A stretch of 61,975 nt of DNA, counting the filler. It is 7 parts of 7 records of this genome, joined end to end, with 100 filler letters (N's around TTAATTAATTAA, not from the genome) between each part and the next. Parts side by side here need not be neighbours in the genome. Positions count along the whole stretch, not along the records: positions 1 to 17,202 come from SRR31147125_23753; positions 17,303 to 23,055 come from SRR31147125_23767; 5 more parts are not named here. One strand, 5' to 3'. Position 1 is the stretch's first letter. Each line of letters begins with the position of its first letter. Positions 7,919-17,963 of this stretch are shown in pieces. The position numbers were made by a program, and so were the translations under genes. The notes under the pieces are model-generated. The model did not search any database. It saw nothing but the letters and a program-made list of their open reading frames with translations, and was not told where the DNA came from.

Positions 7919-9350
7919 AAAAGGTTTGTATATTGGTTTAGCAGGTGTTTTTTTGCTAATGATGACAGGATGTGAAACAGAAGAAGCATATCCGATTCAA
8001 GAAAAGATAGGTGTATTTGAGGCGCAGACCGTATCGTACGATTCAATAGAGCTAAATAGCAAAGGTGAAAAAGCCGATGTAATAAAACATGTTATTACTG
8101 ATGAAAAAATCATGGCTTTGACGATAAAAGGAGTAGGTAACGAAGAAAGCTTGACTAAGCTTTTAGATGAACTTGATAAAAACGATGTAAAAGCTACTTT
8201 TTTTATAAAAGGTGAGCATGCAATCAAACAACCAGAATTGGTTAAAATGATTTTTGACCGCAATCATGAGATTGGAAATGCAACATTAAATAATATTGAT
8301 TTATCCGACAAGGGAAAAGACGTTGTATTAAATGAAATAGGCAAGTCAAAAGACTTGCTACAAAATATCACTGGTATTGTGCCAGAATACCTTAGCGTCG
8401 GTCACGGAAACACAACAGAAGATATCCAGTTGGCAGCTGCAGCATGCGGACACGATTATGTTATAGGCTTTAGTATTGTTCCACAAAAAGATGATGCAAA
8501 TGATGCTCAAAGCGTTTCGGATTTAGTTTTTAAACTAAAGCGTAGAGGAGATATCGTGCTTTTGAATATGGATCACTTTGAAAACACACCAGAGATGATT
8601 ACTCCGATAGTAGAAAAATTGGGCGAAAGAAACTTCAAACTTGGTCCAGTAAGCTCAATTATACCAGCATATGAGGAGCGAAAAGCCAACAAATTTGTAC
8701 CAGATAAAAACAGACACAAACAGGATTCGGAATATAATCTCATCGAAAGAGTAGAAGATATTGGTCCGTATGTTTGTTTGACGTTGGATGATTGGGCGAC
8801 TGACGATACGACAGATGATATGATGGATTTACTTGATTCATATGATGTTAAAGCGACGTTTTTTGTAAGGGCAAACGGTGTTGAACTTAACCCAAGCCTT
8901 GCTTACGCGATACACCAAAGAGGATTTGAAATTGCTAACCATACATATGCGCATGTTGATTTGAGAACCATGACCGAAGAAGAAATAAAAGAGGATTTAA
9001 CAAAAGCCCACGATATTATTGCAGATGCGATAAATACGGAACCTAAAAGATATCTTCGTCCGCCAAGAGGAGAAATCGACGAAAAAGTGTTGCAGGCAAG
9101 TGCCGAGTGTAACTTTGAAGATGTTATTATGTACGGTGTAAATGGGCATGATTATATCGAAACTAGGACAGCACAAGATATTTATGAATCGGTTATGGAA
9201 GATATTGGACCTGGACATTTTATTCTTTTGCATATATTAGATGGCAAACAGACAATCAATGCTCTGCCTATGATTATCGAAAGCGTTAGGGAGATGGGAT
9301 TGGAATTTGTGACAGTTGGGCAAATGATCGGGGACGATCCGATTGAGTGA
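7905..9350 (+). CDS. Lipoprotein with two NodB (CE4) deacetylase domains
   Basis: Lipobox MMTGC; domain 2 has LTLDD, HTYAH, RPPRG, LLH; domain 1 degenerate (LTIKG, NATLNN). Confidence 0.9.
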   Translation: MKKSRKGLYIGLAGVFLLMMTGCETEEAYPIQEKIGVFEAQTVSYDSIELNSKGEKADVIKHVITDEKIMALTIKGVGNEESLTKLLDELDKNDVKATFFIKGEHAIKQPELVKMIFDRNHEIGNATLNNIDLSDKGKDVVLNEIGKSKDLLQNITGIVPEYLSVGHGNTTEDIQLAAAACGHDYVIGFSIVPQKDDANDAQSVSDLVFKLKRRGDIVLLNMDHFENTPEMITPIVEKLGERNFKLGPVSSIIPAYEERKANKFVPDKNRHKQDSEYNLIERVEDIGPYVCLTLDDWATDDTTDDMMDLLDSYDVKATFFVRANGVELNPSLAYAIHQRGFEIANHTYAHVDLRTMTEEEIKEDLTKAHDIIADAINTEPKRYLRPPRGEIDEKVLQASAECNFEDVIMYGVNGHDYIETRTAQDIYESVMEDIGPGHFILLHILDGKQTINALPMIIESVREMGLEFVTVGQMIGDDPIE

Positions 9351-9409
9351 TATTAATTGTAAAAAACAAAACCAGTATATGTGTGGTTTTTGTTTATATA
9401 CTTCCTTAT

Positions 9410-9432
9410 AGCCGCATAAATATGCGGTTTTT
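9410..9432 (+). terminator. Terminator after EPS operon
   Basis: AGCCGCATA-AA-TATGCGGTT then T-run. Confidence 0.7.
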
Positions 9433-9825
9433 GTATTTTTGGATCTGTAATTTTTTCTAAAGGTTGAGATAAGGTCTGGGTAGGGATTGGAACAAGTAAA
9501 GCATTTAAATATTAATACCTATGACAAAATAGGGTGTTGAGCTGTTGTATATAACTTTTGTCAATTGGATAGTAAGGTTACTGTTTAGTAGTCGCATATT
9601 TTTTTAGAAATTTAATTGCGAAAATCTACTGTTTCACTTGGTGTTTTACCATCTAATAATATAAAAAAACAAACCATCTTTTCAAACAATAATTATTCGA
9701 TAAAATTAATTAATGTAAGTATTTTATATAAAAACAGCATTAATTGCTAGAATAGCCTTATTATTTAGTTTATCAATGTGTTAAAATATTTTTGTAAGAT
9801 GTAAAAAGACACAGTGAGGTAAACA

Positions 9826-10650
9826 ATGAAAGATCTATTTAGTATTGGAGAAGTAGCAAAATTATTGAATATGAGTATTACTACACTTAGATTTTATGAT
9901 CAATCTGGTCTGTTAAAGCCTTACTACATAAATGAATCAAACGGATATCGCTACTATAAGGTTGAGCAATTTCAAAAATTAAACACGATTAGATACCTAA
10001 AAGCCCTAGATGTGCCACTGGCGGACATAAAAAAACATCTTGAGGAGCGAAACATAGTAGATATATTGGCGATTTTGAAAACCCAACAACAAAGAACAAA
10101 CGAAAAAATAATTGAATTACAGAATATAAACAATAAAATAGCAAACAGAGTCTCTTTGATCAATTACGCTTTAAAAAAAAGAGAGGAGTTAGGCATAATT
10201 ATAGAAAGAGAACTGCCTAGCCGTAAGTGTGTTGTATTAAAGACAAAAATATATCCAGGAGATAATTTAGAAATTCCTATTCGAAAACTAGAGAATAGCG
10301 TTAATTTAGAAAATAGTATATTTCTTGGTAAAGTAGGTTTGTTTTTATCAAAAAACAAACTAGAAAACTATAATTTTAAAGAATACGATTCGGTTTTCTT
10401 ATTGCTTGAAGGCAAGCAAGTTGATTCTAAAATGGTCAAAGTTATCCCAAGTGGTTTGTATCTAACAATCTGCTTTAAAGGAAAACACGAGGATGCCCTA
10501 CCCTATTATCAAAAACTAATTGATTATATAGAAAAAAACAATATGGAAATACTGGACGATTCTATAGAAATAACACTGATTGATGATGGACTAACTACTA
10601 ACACAGAAGAATTTGTGACAGAGATTCAAATTATAGTAAAAAGACATTGA
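9826..10650 (+). CDS. MerR-family regulator with GyrI-like effector domain (BmrR-like)
   Basis: FSIGEVAKLLNMSITTLRFYD, NGYRYY, C-terminal TEIQI. Confidence 0.95.
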   Translation: MKDLFSIGEVAKLLNMSITTLRFYDQSGLLKPYYINESNGYRYYKVEQFQKLNTIRYLKALDVPLADIKKHLEERNIVDILAILKTQQQRTNEKIIELQNINNKIANRVSLINYALKKREELGIIIERELPSRKCVVLKTKIYPGDNLEIPIRKLENSVNLENSIFLGKVGLFLSKNKLENYNFKEYDSVFLLLEGKQVDSKMVKVIPSGLYLTICFKGKHEDALPYYQKLIDYIEKNNMEILDDSIEITLIDDGLTTNTEEFVTEIQIIVKRH

Positions 10651-10677
10651 CTCTCTGGTTACTAGAGAGTTTATAAT
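10647..10677 (+). promoter_or_regulatory. MerR-type promoter/operator for the dehydrogenase gene
   Basis: TTGACT-19 bp-TATAAT with dyad ACTCTCT-GGTTACT-AGAGAGT in the spacer. Confidence 0.9.
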
Positions 10678-10708
10678 TTTAGTAATAAGAATATGAAGGA
10701 GAACTTTT

Positions 10709-11692
10709 ATGAAGGCTATTATTTTGACGAATCCAAAAAGAGTAGAGAAATATAAAAAATACTGTAGCATACCTGATGATTTAGAAATGGTATACATGGA
10801 ACGATCTGTAAGCGACGATGAGATTCTTTTAAAAGCAAAGGATGCAGATTTTATATTTGCTGATGTTATTAAAGAGATATCTAGTAACTTGATAGAAAAT
10901 ATGCCTAATTTAAAATTAATTCATTCTGAAGGTGTTGGATATAACAAGATAGATGTAGAATCAGCAAAAAAAGCAGAAGTATATGTTTGTAATAATCCTG
11001 GAGTGAATTCTGGAGCGGTAGCGGAGCAAGCGATTATGTTGATGTTAGCACTATTAAGAAGCTTAATTGACGGCGATGAAAAAGTAAGAACAGGTTATCA
11101 GATTCAAGCTAAGGAACAAATGATTTTAACAGGAATAACTGAACTTGCTGATTGTCATGTTGGTTTGATTGGATTTGGTGCAATAGCAAAAGAAACCGCA
11201 AAAAGACTATCCGCATTTGGATGTAAAGTTAGCTATAATAGTAGATGCAGACGTTCTAAAGATGTAGAAAACGAGTTTGGTGTACAATATATAGAGATGG
11301 ATGATTTAATAAAAGAATGCGATGTTTTGAGTTTGCATGTTCCTGTTTCTGCTGAAACAACAAATATGGTAAATGGTGAGTTTTTAAGTAAAATGAAAAA
11401 AACCGCAATACTCATTAATACTGCGCGCGGCGAAATCGTAGAGCAACAGGCTTTAAAAGAAGCATTAATCAATCAAGATATTGCTGGTGCAGGACTGGAT
11501 ACACTCACGCCTGAACCTGTAACGTTAGATAATCCGTTGTTAAACTTACCAGAAGAATGTAAAAACACACTTGTGTTCTCTCCCCATATTGGAGGAACCA
11601 CAGAAGGTGCTTTTAGAAAAATGCACCAAGGAGTATGGAGCAACATTACTAAAGTGATGAATGGTGAAAAACCAGCTAATATTGTATATTAA
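10709..11692 (+). CDS. D-isomer-specific 2-hydroxyacid dehydrogenase
   Basis: GVGYN, GFGAIA, INTARG, SPHIGG motifs. Confidence 0.95.
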   Translation: MKAIILTNPKRVEKYKKYCSIPDDLEMVYMERSVSDDEILLKAKDADFIFADVIKEISSNLIENMPNLKLIHSEGVGYNKIDVESAKKAEVYVCNNPGVNSGAVAEQAIMLMLALLRSLIDGDEKVRTGYQIQAKEQMILTGITELADCHVGLIGFGAIAKETAKRLSAFGCKVSYNSRCRRSKDVENEFGVQYIEMDDLIKECDVLSLHVPVSAETTNMVNGEFLSKMKKTAILINTARGEIVEQQALKEALINQDIAGAGLDTLTPEPVTLDNPLLNLPEECKNTLVFSPHIGGTTEGAFRKMHQGVWSNITKVMNGEKPANIVY

Positions 11693-11800
11693 ATATCTAT
11701 AGTTTTAAACGGAGAAAATAAGAGCGCAGTTATATTTACTAAAGGCATATAAAGAAGGTGGAGAACATATGCTTTTTGGGTAAATCTAATCTGCTATTCT

Positions 11801-11831
11801 AAAAAGTCCATGCGAAAGCATGGACTTTTTT
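11801..11831 (+). terminator. Rho-independent terminator (bidirectional form)
   Basis: AAAAAGTCCATGC-GAAA-GCATGGACTTTTT. Confidence 0.9.
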
Positions 11832-11898
11832 ATGCAGTGAATAATAGAGAAATTATAATTCAAATTAAACAATATAATGTATATCATATATAAAATAT

Positions 11899-11976
11899 AT
11901 ACCCTATATTGTGTATTTGTCTTGACAAATGTTGGTGGGAATATTAAAATTTAAATACTCCTACAAGATGTTGTGT
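11899..11976 (+). promoter_or_regulatory. nrdD promoter flanked by two NrdR boxes
   Basis: TTGACA(11922)-17-TAAAAT(11945); ATACCCTATATTGTGT (11899-11914) and CTACAAGATGTTGTGT (11961-11976) resemble the acaCwAtATaTwGtgt consensus. Confidence 0.75.
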
Positions 11977-12042
11977 GAGCATATTTTTTAAAACGAAGAA
12001 TAGATGTAAGATATCTGTTCTTCTCATGAGAGGCGGATAAAG

Positions 12043-14382
12043 ATGTATAGAGTTATTAAAAGAAACGGTGAAATAGCAAATTTTAGTATAGCAAAAATTG
12101 CTGATGCGATTTCTATGGCGTTTGACGCAGAGGAGATGCAGTATAACAAGGATATAATAGATTTTCTGGCACTAAAAGTGACAGCGGACTATCAGGGAAA
12201 AATCAAGGATGATAAGATCAGCGTTGAAGAAATTCAAGACAGCGTTGAAAAAGTGTTGATAAAATCGGGTTATGCTGATGTGGCTAAAATTTATATTTTA
12301 TATAGAAAACAGAGAGAAAAAGTTCGTAATGCCAGTTCGACTTTGCTTGATTATAAGGAACTGGTTAATTCTTATGTCAATATCGACGATTGGCGAGTGA
12401 AGGAAAACTCGACTGTTACGTATTCTGTTGGCGGATTAATCTTGAACAACTCTGGCGCAATCACGGCTAATTATTGGCTGTCAGAGGTATATGATAGTGA
12501 AATAGCAGAGGCGCATCGTAATGCTGATATTCATATGCATGACATGGCTATGCTTACGGGTTATTGTGCTGGGTGGTCATTAAAGCAATTGATAAAAGAA
12601 GGATTAGGCGGTGTCGAAGGTAAAATCACATCATCTCCTGCAAGCCATCTATCTACCCTTTGTAATCAAATGGTTAATTTTCTTGGAATCATGCAAAATG
12701 AATGGGCAGGCGCGCAGGCTTTTTCATCGTTTGATACATACCTTGCACCTTTTGTGAAAACTGATGATCTTACTTATAAGGAAGTAAAACAGTGTGTACA
12801 ATCCTTTATTTATGGTGTAAATACACCAAGCAGATGGGGAACGCAAGCACCGTTTACAAATATAACTTTAGATTGGACAGTGCCAAGCGACCTTGCAGAT
12901 TTGCCAGCGATTGTCGGCGGCAAGGAGATGGATTTTAAATATAAAGACTGCAAAAAAGAGATGGATATGGTGAATAAGGCATTTCTTGAAATTATGATCG
13001 AAGGGGACGCTAATGGAAGAGGCTTCCAATATCCTATTCCAACTTATTCTATCACACGTGATTTTGATTGGAGCGATACTGAGAATAATCGTATGTTGTT
13101 TGAAATGACTGCAAAATACGGCACACCTAATTTTTCAAACTATATTAACAGTGATATGGATCCTAGCGATGTTAGAAGCATGTGCTGTAGATTGCGTCTT
13201 GATTTAAGAGAACTAAGGAAAAAAGGTGGCGGAGTTTTTGGCAGTGGTGAGAGCACAGGTTCTATTGGTGTTGTAACAATCAATATGCCGCGAATAGCAT
13301 ATCTAGCTACGGATGAATCGGATTTTTATCATCGTTTAGATAGGTTGATGGATATATCAGCACGTTCACTTGATACTAAAAGGACTGTCGTAACAAAATT
13401 GATGGAAGCGGGATTGTATCCTTTTACTAAGCGATATCTAGGTACTTTTAACAATCATTTTTCTACGATTGGACTTATTGGAATGAATGAAGTTGGTTTA
13501 AATGCTAATTGGATAAAGGCTGATATGACAAACGAAATCACTTCACAGTTTGCTCAGGATGTGTTGAATTATATGAGAGAACGATTGGTTAAATACCAAG
13601 AACAGTATGGGGCGTTGTTTAATCTTGAAGCAACACCAGCAGAATCTACGACTTATCGCCTTGCAAAGCATGATAAAAAAAGGTATCCAAATATCGTTAC
13701 TGCTGCGCAAGAAGGAGCAACACCATATTATACAAACAGCTCGCACATTCCTGTTGGAGCGACAGATGATGTGTTTGAAGCGTTGGAGTTGCAAGATAAA
13801 GTTCAGACGCTGTATACGTCTGGCACAATATTTCATGCATTTTTGGGTGAAAAAATTAGTGATTGGAACACAGCCGCAATACTGGTTAGGAAAATTTCTG
13901 AGAACTTTAAATTGCCTTACTATACAATTTCTCCGACATATTCTGTATGTAAAGATCATGGTTATATTGACGGAGAACATTTTACTTGCCCAACGTGCGG
14001 AAAAGAATCGGAAGTTTATAGCCGAATAACAGGATACTATCGTCCGGTGAAAAATTGGAATGAAGGTAAAAGACAGGAGTTTGAGGATAGAAAAGTATAT
14101 GAGGCTGAAAAATCGATATTAAATTCTGATAAGCAGATCTTAGAAGAAAGTAACAAAATGCTGTTGTTTACAACATCCACATGTATTAATTGTAAAGCTG
14201 CAAAGGAATCGCTTAAGGAAGTTGAAGCAGAGTATAAGGAAATGGATGCTAGAGAACATCAAGATTTAGTAGAAAAGCATGATATTATGAATGCGCCTAC
14301 TTTAATTGTTTTTAACAATACTAAAACAGAAAAATACGTCGGGCTTTCTGGTATAAGAGAATATGTAAGCAATGTGAATTAA
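12043..14382 (+). CDS. nrdD: Class III anaerobic ribonucleoside-triphosphate reductase with ATP cone and C-terminal glutaredoxin-like domain
   Basis: VIKRNG ATP cone, SMCCRL, ATPAE, Zn site CKDH...CPTC, RITGYY glycyl-radical motif, tail TCINCK...APTL. Confidence 0.95.
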   Translation: MYRVIKRNGEIANFSIAKIADAISMAFDAEEMQYNKDIIDFLALKVTADYQGKIKDDKISVEEIQDSVEKVLIKSGYADVAKIYILYRKQREKVRNASSTLLDYKELVNSYVNIDDWRVKENSTVTYSVGGLILNNSGAITANYWLSEVYDSEIAEAHRNADIHMHDMAMLTGYCAGWSLKQLIKEGLGGVEGKITSSPASHLSTLCNQMVNFLGIMQNEWAGAQAFSSFDTYLAPFVKTDDLTYKEVKQCVQSFIYGVNTPSRWGTQAPFTNITLDWTVPSDLADLPAIVGGKEMDFKYKDCKKEMDMVNKAFLEIMIEGDANGRGFQYPIPTYSITRDFDWSDTENNRMLFEMTAKYGTPNFSNYINSDMDPSDVRSMCCRLRLDLRELRKKGGGVFGSGESTGSIGVVTINMPRIAYLATDESDFYHRLDRLMDISARSLDTKRTVVTKLMEAGLYPFTKRYLGTFNNHFSTIGLIGMNEVGLNANWIKADMTNEITSQFAQDVLNYMRERLVKYQEQYGALFNLEATPAESTTYRLAKHDKKRYPNIVTAAQEGATPYYTNSSHIPVGATDDVFEALELQDKVQTLYTSGTIFHAFLGEKISDWNTAAILVRKISENFKLPYYTISPTYSVCKDHGYIDGEHFTCPTCGKESEVYSRITGYYRPVKNWNEGKRQEFEDRKVYEAEKSILNSDKQILEESNKMLLFTTSTCINCKAAKESLKEVEAEYKEMDAREHQDLVEKHDIMNAPTLIVFNNTKTEKYVGLSGIREYVSNVN

Positions 14383-14461
14383 GCAAAAACATCGCTTGGC
14401 ATTGGTATCACGTACATATTTATAATCAGCTTAAAAGCGATACAACCAAAAAGGTGACGGT

Positions 14462-15391
14462 ATGACATTACAACAATTAAGGTACATAATAGCAATAGTA
14501 AATTGTGGGTCTATAACAGAAGCGGCAAAGACGCTGTATATTTCTCAGCCAAGCCTTTCAATTGCTGTAAAGGAACTTGAAAAGGAAGTCGGCATTCAGA
14601 TTTTTTACAGAAGTTCAACAGGGATAACGCTTTCGGCTGATGGTGTCGAGTTTCTTTCTTATGCAAGGCAAGTAGTAGAACAAACGGAACTTTTGGAGCA
14701 AAGGTATACAAACAAAAAACCTTCTAAGCAACTTTGTTCTGTTTCAACACAGCATTATGCTTTTGCAGTTAATGCTTTTGTTAATCTTATTAAAAGCCTT
14801 GATGCGCATGAATATGAATTTACTTTGAGAGAAACAAGGACTTACGAGATAATAGAGGATGTACGTAATCTGAGAAGTGAAGTGGGTATTCTATACTTAA
14901 ATGCATTTAATGAAAAGGTAATTTTAAAGCTGTTAGCAGAAAATCACTTATCATTTAATCCTTTGTTTGAAGCAAAACCACATGTTTTTATTAGCAGAGC
15001 CCATCCCCTTGCGGATAAAAAAAGTGTAACCTTGACTGACTTAGAAAACTACCCGTGCCTTTCTTTTGAACAAGGAGAGTATAATTCATTTTATTTCTCA
15101 GAAGAAATATTGAGTACTGTGCCGCATGATAAATCAATTCGCGTGAGTGATCGTGCGACACTTTTCAATTTTCTTATTGGGTTAAATGGCTATACCATTT
15201 GCACAGGCGTTTTAAGCAGTGATTTAAACGGAGATGATATTCTCTCTGTACCACTTCAGTCAGAGGAAACCATGATAGTAGGTTGGATACAAAACAACAA
15301 AGTTCAGCTCAGCCATTTTGCTACAAATTATATATTGGGGCTAAAAAAACTAATCGTAGAATATGGCTATACGTTAGTTAAAGAAGCATAA
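14462..15391 (+). CDS. LysR-family regulator (probable Met/Cys regulator)
   Basis: MTLQQLRY...GSITEAAKTLYISQPSLS HTH; adjacent to metE/metF. Confidence 0.9.
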   Translation: MTLQQLRYIIAIVNCGSITEAAKTLYISQPSLSIAVKELEKEVGIQIFYRSSTGITLSADGVEFLSYARQVVEQTELLEQRYTNKKPSKQLCSVSTQHYAFAVNAFVNLIKSLDAHEYEFTLRETRTYEIIEDVRNLRSEVGILYLNAFNEKVILKLLAENHLSFNPLFEAKPHVFISRAHPLADKKSVTLTDLENYPCLSFEQGEYNSFYFSEEILSTVPHDKSIRVSDRATLFNFLIGLNGYTICTGVLSSDLNGDDILSVPLQSEETMIVGWIQNNKVQLSHFATNYILGLKKLIVEYGYTLVKEA

Positions 15392-15419
15392 AGTATAATA
15401 CATAGTATTGTTATTTGTT

Positions 15420-16283
15420 TTAAACAGGTACATATGAAGTTATTTCTTTGTGTATTTTTTGCGCAATATTTAAACTATTAAGTATATAAATATGAACGCC
15501 ATCAACGCCTTGCTTTAGTAAATCGATTATTTGATTTGTAGCATATTCAATACCCGCCTTGCGAAGAGATTGGGGGTTATCTTCGTATTTGTCGATAATA
15601 TAAATCAGCTTTTTTGGAAGGTTTACACCGCTAAGAGAAGACATGCGAAGAATTTGTTTTTTACTTATTATAGGCATTATACCTGCTTGCAAAGGAACAT
15701 CAATACCTTCAGATATTAATCTGTTTTTAAAACTATAAAAATACTCGTTATCGAAAAACATTTGAGTAATTAGATGATCAGTACCTGCATGAACCTTTGT
15801 TTTTAAATTTTCTATATCAATTTCAAAATTACTGGCTTCATTATGACTTTCTGGGTAACATGCACCAATAATGTTTAAGTTGCTGTTTTCCTTTATAAAT
15901 GAAACAAGGTCGCTTGCGTATCTAAAAGTTCCATTTGGGGTTACATTTTGTGTTGAATCTCCACGAAGAGCAAGGATATTTTCTATATTGCTTTTTTTTA
16001 ATGCTTCAATAAAATCAAGAGCTTGTTGCTTTGATAAATTAATACACGGAAGATGAGCTACACTCTCGATCTTGTGTTGGTTTTTAATTTGTGAGGCAAT
16101 GGATGTCGTTTTTCTGCTGTTCTCGCTACCGCCTGCACCAAAGGTTACACTGATAAAACTTGGGTTCAATGCCGTTAAGCCACTAAGAGTGGCATCTATA
16201 GTGCTTGGCTGAGCTTCTATTTTGGGTGGAAAAACCTCATAAGATATCACGGGTTTTTTGTTAAAAAACTTAATTGTTTTCAT
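15420..16283 (-). CDS. metF: 5,10-methylenetetrahydrofolate reductase
   Basis: [35 protein letters not shown]. Confidence 0.95.
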   Translation of the reverse strand: MKTIKFFNKKPVISYEVFPPKIEAQPSTIDATLSGLTALNPSFISVTFGAGGSENSRKTTSIASQIKNQHKIESVAHLPCINLSKQQALDFIEALKKSNIENILALRGDSTQNVTPNGTFRYASDLVSFIKENSNLNIIGACYPESHNEASNFEIDIENLKTKVHAGTDHLITQMFFDNEYFYSFKNRLISEGIDVPLQAGIMPIISKKQILRMSSLSGVNLPKKLIYIIDKYEDNPQSLRKAGIEYATNQIIDLLKQGVDGVHIYILNSLNIAQKIHKEITSYVPV

Positions 16284-17202
16284 CAGTAAGCTCTCTCCTT
16301 ATAGTTTGCGCTGCAATTACCAAGTTTTTAAGGCTTGGTATGGTTTCTTCTTTGCCTCTTGTCTTTAGTCCACAATCTGGGTTCACCCATAACTTATCTG
16401 TTGGAATAGTTTCCAAGATATTGGTTAACACATTTTTAAGCTCATCGACACTAGGTATTCTTGGAGAATGAATATCATATATTCCTGGACCTATATCAGT
16501 TTTAAAATCGTTATCTTTTATTGACTGTAAAATAGTTAAATCTGACCTAGAAGCTTCAAAAGAAATAACATCTGCGTCCATATCATCAATTTCACAAATA
16601 ATATCATCAAATTCGCTGTAACACATGTGCGTGTGTATCTGTGTTTTAGCACTAACTGCACTATGTGTAAGCCTAAAAGCTGGAATAGTCCAATCAAGAT
16701 ATTCACTATTCCAATCGGATTTTCTTAGCGGGAGTTTTTCTCTTAAAGCTGCTTCATCAATCTGAATAATACGGATGCCATTCGATTCAAGATCTAGGAC
16801 TTCTTCGCGAATAGCAAGAGCAATCTGTAAGGCAGATTCTTTTAAAGAAATATCCTCACGCGGAAAGGACCAATTGAGAATTGTTATGGGACCTGTCAAC
16901 ATACCTTTAACTGGCCGTTGCGTTTGCTTTTGTGCATATACAGAATAGAATATCGTAATTGGTGCAGATCGTTTTACATCTCCCCAAATAATCGGTGGTT
17001 TTACGCATCTTGTACCATAAGATTGCACCCACGCACTTTTAGTAAATATATACCCATAAAGGTTTTCGCCAAAATACTCAACCATGTCACTTCTTTCAAA
17101 TTCTCCATGAACCAAGACATCAAGACCAATAGCTTCTTGCAAAGATAAACAATCGTCAATCTGATTTTTGATAAAAGCTTCGTATTGATCGCTGCTTATT
17201 TT
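16270..17202 (-). CDS. metE: Cobalamin-independent methionine synthase, C-terminal part (cut by contig end)
   Basis: [43 protein letters not shown]. Confidence 0.95.
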   Translation of the reverse strand, partial: KISSDQYEAFIKNQIDDCLSLQEAIGLDVLVHGEFERSDMVEYFGENLYGYIFTKSAWVQSYGTRCVKPPIIWGDVKRSAPITIFYSVYAQKQTQRPVKGMLTGPITILNWSFPREDISLKESALQIALAIREEVLDLESNGIRIIQIDEAALREKLPLRKSDWNSEYLDWTIPAFRLTHSAVSAKTQIHTHMCYSEFDDIICEIDDMDADVISFEASRSDLTILQSIKDNDFKTDIGPGIYDIHSPRIPSVDELKNVLTNILETIPTDKLWVNPDCGLKTRGKEETIPSLKNLVIAAQTIRRELTDENN

Positions 17203-17302
17203 NNNNNNNNNNNNNNNNNNNNNNNNNNNNNNNNNNNNNNNNNNNNTTAATTAATTAANNNNNNNNNNNNNNNNNNNNNNNNNNNNNNNNNNNNNNNNNN
17301 NN
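17203..17302. other. Artificial contig spacer
   Basis: N-run, TTAATTAATTAA, N-run; composition changes across it. Confidence 0.98.
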
Positions 17303-17954
17303 GATCCAGTCCGCTGAAGGGTTCATCCATCAACAGGATCTCCGGGTCATTTGATAACGCACGTGCCAGACCAACCCTCTGCTGCATACCGCCGCTCAAG
17401 GCTCCGGGATAATAATCTTCCCAGCCTTTGAGTCCCACAGTCTCCAGAGTCTGCATGGCCTTTGCGTACCGTTCTCCACGGGGCATGCCCTTTATCTTCA
17501 GTCCGTAGGCAGCATTATCCAGGACAGTCATATGGGGAAGAAGTCCGTAGTGCTGGAAAACCATCCCGTAGGTGCTTTTCCTAAAATCCAGGAGCTTCTC
17601 CTGGCTCATCTTTGTTACATTCTTCCCGTTAATCTCAATAGATCCGGCGGTAGGATTAACCAGCCGGATGAGGTTCCGAATCAGCGTCGATTTCCCGCTT
17701 CCCGAAAGCCCCATAAGGATATAGAACTCACCCTTTTTAATTTCCAGGTTGACATTCCGCATCCCTATGACGCATCCGGTTTTTTTCTGGATTTCCTCTT
17801 TGGATTTACCCCGAAATTCCTTTTTCGTTACCCTTTTCGGATCACGTCCGAAAACCTTCCATAAATCTTTAATAACTACCTGAGGCGGTACAACCGCCTC
17901 AGGTGTCTCATTAACCGGTTCCGCAGAATCGGTTTTCATGATTTCTTCAGACAT
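17303..17954 (-). CDS. proV: Glycine betaine/proline ABC transporter ATPase (truncated by contig end)
   Basis: MGLSGSGKST, LSGGMQQRVGLARAL, LLMDEPFS. Confidence 0.9.
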
Positions 17955-17963
17955 CGATAACCC

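Noticed and set aside
9433-9825. Long intergenic region possibly holding a c-di-GMP riboswitch or sRNA
   Set aside because: No recognisable GEMM or other riboswitch consensus and no convincing ORF
11754-11783. RBS-like GAAGGTGGAG followed by 4-codon ORF MLFG before a terminator
   Set aside because: Too short to support; may be chance or a remnant
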